From assembly GCF_964204645.1 (NCBI RefSeq), contig NC_134029.1, forward strand, positions 9,078,850-9,142,849: 64,000 bases of DNA. The letters run 5' to 3'. The stretch comes from Tubulanus polymorphus. Its lineage: Eukaryota; Animalia; Nemertea. The translations under genes and the position numbers were made by a program. The notes below the pieces were generated by a model. The model saw only the letters and a program-made list of their open reading frames with translations, had not been told where the DNA came from and did not search any database. Of the stretch, positions 48,070-64,000 are shown one piece after another (position 1 is the first letter of the stretch; each line of letters opens with the position of its first letter).

Positions 48070-50555
48070 GGGGAAACGTTGAATGAGATGTACAGAAATA
48101 AAAGGTGCATAACCTCTCATAACCAACCTATTTCGGAATTTCTTTACTATTTGTTTTAACTCTGATGTGTTGTTTGATCCTTTGTTTCTCCCGTTGCTTT
48201 CGTTATACTTTTACTTATCGTCACTCACCAGGGGCGGATCATGAGTAGGCCTATCCACCTGTAGCGAGCCGAAGGTGCGAAGCCAAAATCGTCCTCCCTG
48301 TATGCAGTTTCCAAAATAATGTTAAAGCTTCTTTCAAACAATGAATTAGGAAAATGCCTTTCGACATCCTTAAGTGGAACCGAATGTTTGACGACAAAAA
48401 ATTACGGGGGGCAAACCGAAAATCTAGAGGGTGGCACGTGCCCCAGGTGTTACCCCATGGATCCGCGCCAGTGAACTCCTTGTTTGCGACGTTTTGAAGG
48501 TAAGTCAGAATAAAATCCACTATAAAAACGTGTGACGTTTTTGTTAATGTACTTTTTTAAAATCAAAGTACTAAAATACGTAAAAGCTTTCTAAAAACGT
48601 TTCCATTTAGAACGTTGCTGATTTTCGATTCGAAAGAAAAGGATATTATCGACCCGTTTAAGAAGTCCTGATTTTAGCCTCTGTGAGTCCTTGGAGTAAT
48701 CATTTGAAATGATTACTCCAAGGTGAGTCATTGATGGGTTTAGGAAGTGTCGGTCTGATATTCTCATTAAGATTTACTAATAAATATTTAAACGAAAGAA
48801 TTGGCATCGATAAATCTATTGGATGAAATAATGTTCTAATTCGACGTCTCCTTCGATGGTGAGGTTAATGGCAGACGATTCGGTTAGTCCATGATGTGGA
48901 CACCATTGACGTTAACAGAGAAAATATCTGATTAAAATGTATATAAATAGTTTTATCGTCGATAGGAAAATTCTTAAAGGTGTCGAAAGTAATCTGCAGC
49001 GTGGAATAAACTCCCCCGGTCAGTTTTTGAAAGTGTGCAGATAAAATGTATAATTTCATGTGTTTTTAGTTCATTTATCACTTCAAAAATAATTATCAAT
49101 ATCGAGTGTCTAAGGGAGGGCAAAATGTTACCTCCACAATCCATCCCCCAACCCCTGCCCCACTCCAAACAGCCAACTTTTGCCCCCACCCTGAATTTCA
49201 AGAACCATACCTCATATCCTCCTTCTTAATCTGCTGCTAAATAAAGGTCGAAACGTCGTCCGAGGGCAAACGGGGAACCCCCCGGTCGAATTTAACCGGT
49301 TCCCTCGGTCCTAATCCAGGATCGGAAAAAATGTTAAATAAAGAACTTAACTTAAGATATCATTACCACCACTGATCTTATAGGCTTAATCATCAGAGTT
49401 CACATGATACGAAACGGGGAAATCTTACCTAAAAAGAGGTACACTTCTTATAAAATAATCGAAAGTTGCAGAGCCCGGAGGCTGCACGTTCTCTCTCAGA
49501 GATAGCTGCAGAAGTGAGTGATGTGGCATGCTGGGGACTCCGATTCGGGGTTTCTCAACACCTGTAACACACCAATCACATCATTGACATAAGAACGTAT
49601 CCTCTACGTTTTGGGACCCCACAACCATGTGGAACTCTTAACAAAATAAATCATATATAGAAAAAGTGGTGCTAGTACTGGCGAAAATTCATACACAGGA
49701 AATAGCATGACTCAAATATGATAGGGTACTCCCTCACAGTGCCAATGTCCGGCGCCTTCCTAGCACGGACGCGCCAGCCACCGATGTCCGCTCTCGCATC
49801 GTAGTAGAAAACCCAGATTCCGTCCTGGTATTTCAGGTTGACGTTGAAACGTTTGCAATCGTCGTGCAGAGATCCTCGAATCTAGAAATCCAAGTGCGGA
49901 TGATGCATGCAATGAGCGATGGCCTTCCTCAGCGGAAGCGCCTTAGATTAAACTGATTAATCAAATATGAATGAATAAATTATACACTTATGCTTTAGCC
50001 TAATCGCAGTAAACCTCGCCGAGACAAAATTTGGAAATTAGCGTAACAGACTAAAATCTTCCGTAGCCCCATTCTCTTGTTACATTTTTCTTCCTTAACC
50101 AATTTTGTAGGGCCTAATAACGTCCAAACGTCCAATAATATACGTTTTTTCTACCCGTCAATTCCGTGACGCCTGTTAAACACATGTATGATTGCAGATT
50201 GTATCATTTTAAGGGAAATCCGCGCCTGCTACCCTGGCACAACGGTCACATGACACTTCTAAGGCTTTAGGCTTTTAATCTGCCTTTGCTCATAAAAAAT
50301 GTCAATTCCGTGACAATCGCACGTATTTAAGTGTCACGGAATTGACATTACTTCGAGACTTATTCAGTATTGCAAAAATTGACGGTTCTGGCTGTGCACA
50401 TAATGATGATCCTATATGATTCATAAAATTTTGAATCAATTCCACTTAGAGTCATGGAATTAACAAATCAAACAGGTTTATTAAACGAGCTAATTTTGCA
50501 GTCTTCCTTGCAAAAAGTATTTCGAGCTTTAAAACATATATATGGGAATATTTAT

Positions 50556-51240
50556 AGGACTGGAGGACTGGATGACCAAACGACTGGATGATTGAGTAAC
50601 TGGATGACCAAACGACTGGTCGAATGAATGCCGTTGATGACAGGTCGACGGATGACCGAGCGGACTGGATGACTGGTTCAATGTGGTGGTGGTGGTGGTG
50701 GTGGTGGTGGTGGTGGTGGTGGTGGTGGTGAGGAGGGCGAAGAGGGTGGTTATGATGATGATGGGGATGATGGTGATGGAATTGATAGTCATGAGGAAGG
50801 AGATGATGGTGGTGGTGCTGATGATTGTGATGTTGGAGAAGGTGATGTTGATGCTGGAGGGGATGGTAGTGATGTTGGAGACGGTGGTGATGGTGATGCT
50901 GGAGAAGGTGATGCTGGTACAACTGGAGATGGTGGTGATGCTGGAGGCGATAGTGCAGATAATGATGATGCTGGAGAAGGTGGCGATGCTGCAGATGATG
51001 GTAGTAATGATGATAGTGATGCTAGAGAAGGTTATAATGGTGATGATGCTGGTGTTATGGTAGAAATACTGGACAAGGTGAGGGTGGTGATGATGGAGGG
51101 GTTGGTGATTATGGAGACGGTGATGATGATAGTAGTGATATCATGTTGAAGCTGATGCAAGTGATAGAGATGACGCTGATGGTGTTGATGCTAGAGAAGG
51201 TGATGGAGATGATGGTTCTAGGTTGGATTGTGGAGATGGA
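50556..51240. repeat. Compound simple repeat: short gactggatgacc units followed by (GGT)n/(GAT)n degenerate microsatellite
   Basis: Visible directly; source of the spurious poly-His/poly-Val/poly-Thr ORFs. Confidence 0.9.
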
Positions 51241-51746
51241 GAATTTAAAAAACTGAATTTTTCACGATCCATGATTTAAAGAAGATAAAATTCACCAGCA
51301 TTCATCCGACAACGATGTACCGTATCGACGAAGTGAAAGACCGAGTGAGGAATTCCTGGGAAATCGCAACAAATATTGGAAATTGTAAAAATCACATTGC
51401 GTTTCATGCACTAATTATGTAAACACTAACCCTCCCCCTAAAATAGGTATGTACATTTTGAGCTCACCCCGTACGTTTTTGTATGGATTTTTGAACCCCC
51501 TACGGACGTACGTACTTTATCCACGGTCTCTAGCTATCTACCATACACCATATTATATCAAAATGAGTACAATACATGTGCTTCAAAACTGCTCCTTGTG
51601 GGATGAGAACAAATTTCGAGGTATTCCAAACAGACAGACGAATGCGTCGATACGAGGATCCACTGTAGCCCAACTTAAATATCCAGGCGCAAATCAATAA
51701 CAACAAAATCACCAAAAACAAGAATCAATTTGGTTAAAGCCCAATA

Positions 51747-51752
51747 TTTATT
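51747..51752 (-). terminator. Candidate ABCE1 polyadenylation signal AATAAA
   Basis: tttatt on the plus strand downstream of the ABCE1 stop; an alternative lies at 51836-51841. Confidence 0.4.
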
Positions 51753-52227
51753 CCACCATTAACATTCTCCGTGTCCCAGTTACAAAAAGTAACACCGAAG
51801 CATCACACAAATGTTTGAAAAACTTGACATCTATTTTTATTTCTTAAATCAATTCCAGCGGTTCATTCCAGTCAGGACCACCTCAGTAAAACCCAGTTTA
51901 GTTAAGACAGGTCTTAAGCCAATTTAGAAGAGCGATTTACAATAAACGATACATTTTGGGTGTTTCCATCATAACTATCACCATGACTACTGTATCATCC
52001 GTAGAGTGGCAAAAAGGACACAGGGCCTGAAAAGAAAAAAAAACATATATAATTAATAAAACAACAAAACTTGTTTTGTGTTAATTCAAATCAATTGAAA
52101 TCCACTACGATGTCTAAAAATCTTTTAAAATCCTGCTGCTCAGGAAAATAATATCTTATTTTACTAGAATAATATCTCATACCTAACACGATTGGCAATA
52201 TCAGGATGAATCACAACTCGAATGGCT

Positions 52228-63019
<10,792 letters not shown>

Positions 63020-64000
63020 CTTTCAAGGTCAGTACTCCTGAAATGCACAGAATAACTAAGATCTAAACGCATTTTAAACGAAACTGGTTATTTTGTCATA
63101 TGGTGCAATACGAGCCAGGGACTATTTTCAGAAAACCAATAGATAAATTAGGGGCCATTCAGAACACGAGGCTAGAATTGAGTAAATACCATACAGAATT
63201 AGACAGATCTTGGAATTTGAAGATGCATCGAACCGGCCAGTTGTTTGATGCTGGTTTATGGGTCCTGATTATAAACACTGACACTTTTTGCTTCATCATC
63301 AAACCCCTCACATAATCATCCTTTAGTGAAAATGAACTAGAAAACATTCTAATCTTGAGAGTATTATCTATATGTATGTAAATAGCTCTCGATATACCAC
63401 CTCTCACCCTCCACCATAACGCCAACGAAATCCTAGAACAGCCCTATTCGAACTCAAAGAAAAAACGTTTTTTTATACCGCCAACCATCTTTAATAATCT
63501 TTAATCAATGTTGTTTGCCGTCTATTAAGAACCGAAAACACAACAAGCTTTAGGCTAACTGAAGTTAGAGCAGTGGCAGATTCCTGAACACGCCCCAAAA
63601 ACTTTGAGGGACCGTCATCCCTAAAAATTCCGTTTCAAAAGTTTCCGTGTTTCAGATGTATGACCGCGTTTCAGACCCAATGACAGTATAGTCTTACAAG
63701 ACAGTGTCAGTGTAGTCTAGCAATAGAGAGGTAGGACGACACTACCAGTACTGTTGCGAATCTTCGATATTGAGCCGACCTTCCTTAATCAGCCCTCTAC
63801 TGTGCATGTAAACCCATCAGCTAATTATAATATATCATAATTTGTGAAGTAGGTAGGGTCCAGAGCCAGGTCCAGGAGCGCAGATCGAATGAAGAAGGGA
63901 GGAGGGAGACCCATTCATTGGATTCATGATTCATTCATCATCTGACATCTGATCGTCGATTTGAATTGAATGAATTGGGGTCGATTGATCCGAATTCCCA

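Noticed and set aside
50452-51063. Poly-His, poly-Val/Met and poly-Thr ORFs
   Set aside because: By-products of a (GGT/GAT)n microsatellite; no splice or homology support.

Overview
AT-rich, intron-containing animal genomic DNA; a spiralian/lophotrochozoan-type invertebrate is inferred from a GRL101-like receptor. I assembled exon models by hand from GT-AG sites. In order: (1) a tandem duplicated pair of minus-strand Ig-superfamily membrane receptors (signal peptide, 3 Ig-like, FN3, FN3-like, TM, short tail); (2) a 3-exon secreted PAN/Apple + LamG-like protein; (3) alpha-endosulfine/ARPP19; (4) a small uncharacterised coiled-coil/low-complexity gene; (5) a GPCR pseudogene fragment; (6) a ~1,960-aa CUB-CTLD-LDLa-LRR-7TM GRL101-like GPCR in only 3 exons; (7) a complete 15-coding-exon ABCE1. 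Non-coding DNA is rich in mobile elements: a Helentron-associated (HINE/DINE-1-like) family with ~154-bp internal arrays, many MITEs and tRNA-derived SINEs. The most notable hidden signal is a set of minimal type-I hammerhead ribozyme motifs of the Penelope-like/retrozyme kind. One sits inside a 16-bp TSD-flanked composite insertion, and one lies in sense within the rearranged 3' end of one Ig-receptor paralog. No database searches were run.
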